DNA of 64,000 nucleotides from an uncultured Eubacteriales bacterium (GTDB lineage Bacteria; Bacillota; Clostridia; Oscillospirales; Acutalibacteraceae): NCBI GenBank assembly GCA_964610685.1, contig CAZSYK010000001.1, positions 17,159 to 81,158 of the forward strand, read 5' to 3'. Shown piece by piece: positions 63,236 to 64,000 of this stretch (position 1 is its first letter; each line of letters starts with the position of its first letter). The notes under the pieces were generated by a model. It saw only the letters and a program-made list of their open reading frames with translations, ran no database searches and was not told where the DNA came from. The position numbers and the translations under genes were made by a program.

Positions 63236-63866
63236 ATCTGCAGTCTTGTGGGCAAAAAAGATTTGTATTTGCACGTTGAGTCTAATGATAGTGGGAATTG
63301 CTTGCGGTCTTAATATCGGGGCAGCACAAGGCGCGGATCCAATAACGGTTTTTTATGAAGGTCTGAGCAGATTAACAAGAATAAATGTGGGCCTTACAGC
63401 TAATATTTTGAACACTACTCTTGTTGCAATAATATTTTTTATCAATCGTAAATACGTTCACATCGGAACTGTTATTTATATGTTCATTTTAGGCATATTT
63501 ATTCAGGTAGGCGTTTATATTTATGGATTAATGAATGTTCCGGATATATTCATATGGCAAATTATCGTGTCGCTTTTTGGTTGTTTTCTTGCGTTTATAG
63601 GCCTCGGCGGTTTTATGAGCATCAATATAGGAATTGATCCCTGGACAGCCGCTGCTGTGATTTTAAGCAAAAAAATAAACAAATCTTTTCGTATGGTAAA
63701 AATTTCTCTTGATATCATAACTTTGATTTTTGGATGGCTTATGGGCGGAACCGTGGGAATCGTCACTTTGTTTTGTGCTATTGTGGGCGGACCGGTGATA
63801 CAAAAATCAGTTGAAATTCTTGACAAATTGTTCGCTAAAATGCTAAAATCCAAGTGTGAAAACTGA
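63213..63866 (+). CDS. YczE/YitT-like polytopic membrane protein
   Basis: About six hydrophobic segments, with an N-terminal GLNIGAAQGADPITVF pattern typical of YczE-like proteins. Confidence 0.7.
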   Translation: MELKLKRESAVLWAKKICICTLSLMIVGIACGLNIGAAQGADPITVFYEGLSRLTRINVGLTANILNTTLVAIIFFINRKYVHIGTVIYMFILGIFIQVGVYIYGLMNVPDIFIWQIIVSLFGCFLAFIGLGGFMSINIGIDPWTAAAVILSKKINKSFRMVKISLDIITLIFGWLMGGTVGIVTLFCAIVGGPVIQKSVEILDKLFAKMLKSKCEN

Positions 63867-64000
63867 GTTAAGAAACGGTAAAATAAATTAATTATCTTAA
63901 TTATAAATTTTATTTTTAGTAGTGCAAAAAATGTCAAATTTACACAAGCTTACATATAATAGCGTTCTGAATAAATTTTGTTTTTGTACGGATAATTTGG

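Overview
This is an AT-rich, densely packed chromosomal segment of a low-GC Firmicute. It looks like a Clostridia-type spore former, because a spoIIAA-spoIIAB-sigF operon, whiA, an ECF transporter module and comEC/comFC are all present. All gene names come from motif and architecture recognition in the supplied translations; no database search was run.

About 60 CDS are mostly housekeeping:
- Cell division: ftsE-ftsX, a coiled-coil M23 hydrolase and an S41 homologue.
- Central and translation functions: prfB, ppa, folD, galU, rplS-lepB-rbgA-rnhB-yraN, valS, engB.
- Proteostasis: tig-clpP-clpX-lon.
- Envelope and regulation: whiA-murB, hprK, glmM.
- Replication and repair: dnaX-ybaB-recR preceded by an SRP RNA, an sbcD/sbcC-like pair, ruvCAB, holA-comEC.
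- Other: truA-ecfT-ecfA2-ecfA1, a divergent type IIA topoisomerase pair (topo IV-like) and deoB.

Two parts look accessory.
1. 29.1-31.3 kb: two paralogous small membrane-anchored Pro/Ala-repeat proteins bracket hprK. They share a 56-nt identical block.
2. 47.3-52.2 kb, between ruvC and holA: two tandem paralogous large proteins each start with a Nif11-like double-glycine (bacteriocin/RiPP-type) leader. A Sec-signal-like segment and long coiled-coil or repeat regions follow the leader. Downstream lie a signal-peptide-less GH25-LysM muramidase and a small holin-like membrane protein. This locus is the best candidate for an undescribed system.

Three essential genes (lon, murB, ecfA1) have conserved N-termini that lie upstream of any ATG/GTG/TTG. 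This implies ATA or ATT start codons, or for lon possibly a frameshift. The S41 peptidase homologue appears catalytically dead. No tRNA, rRNA, CRISPR array, transposase or integrase was seen.
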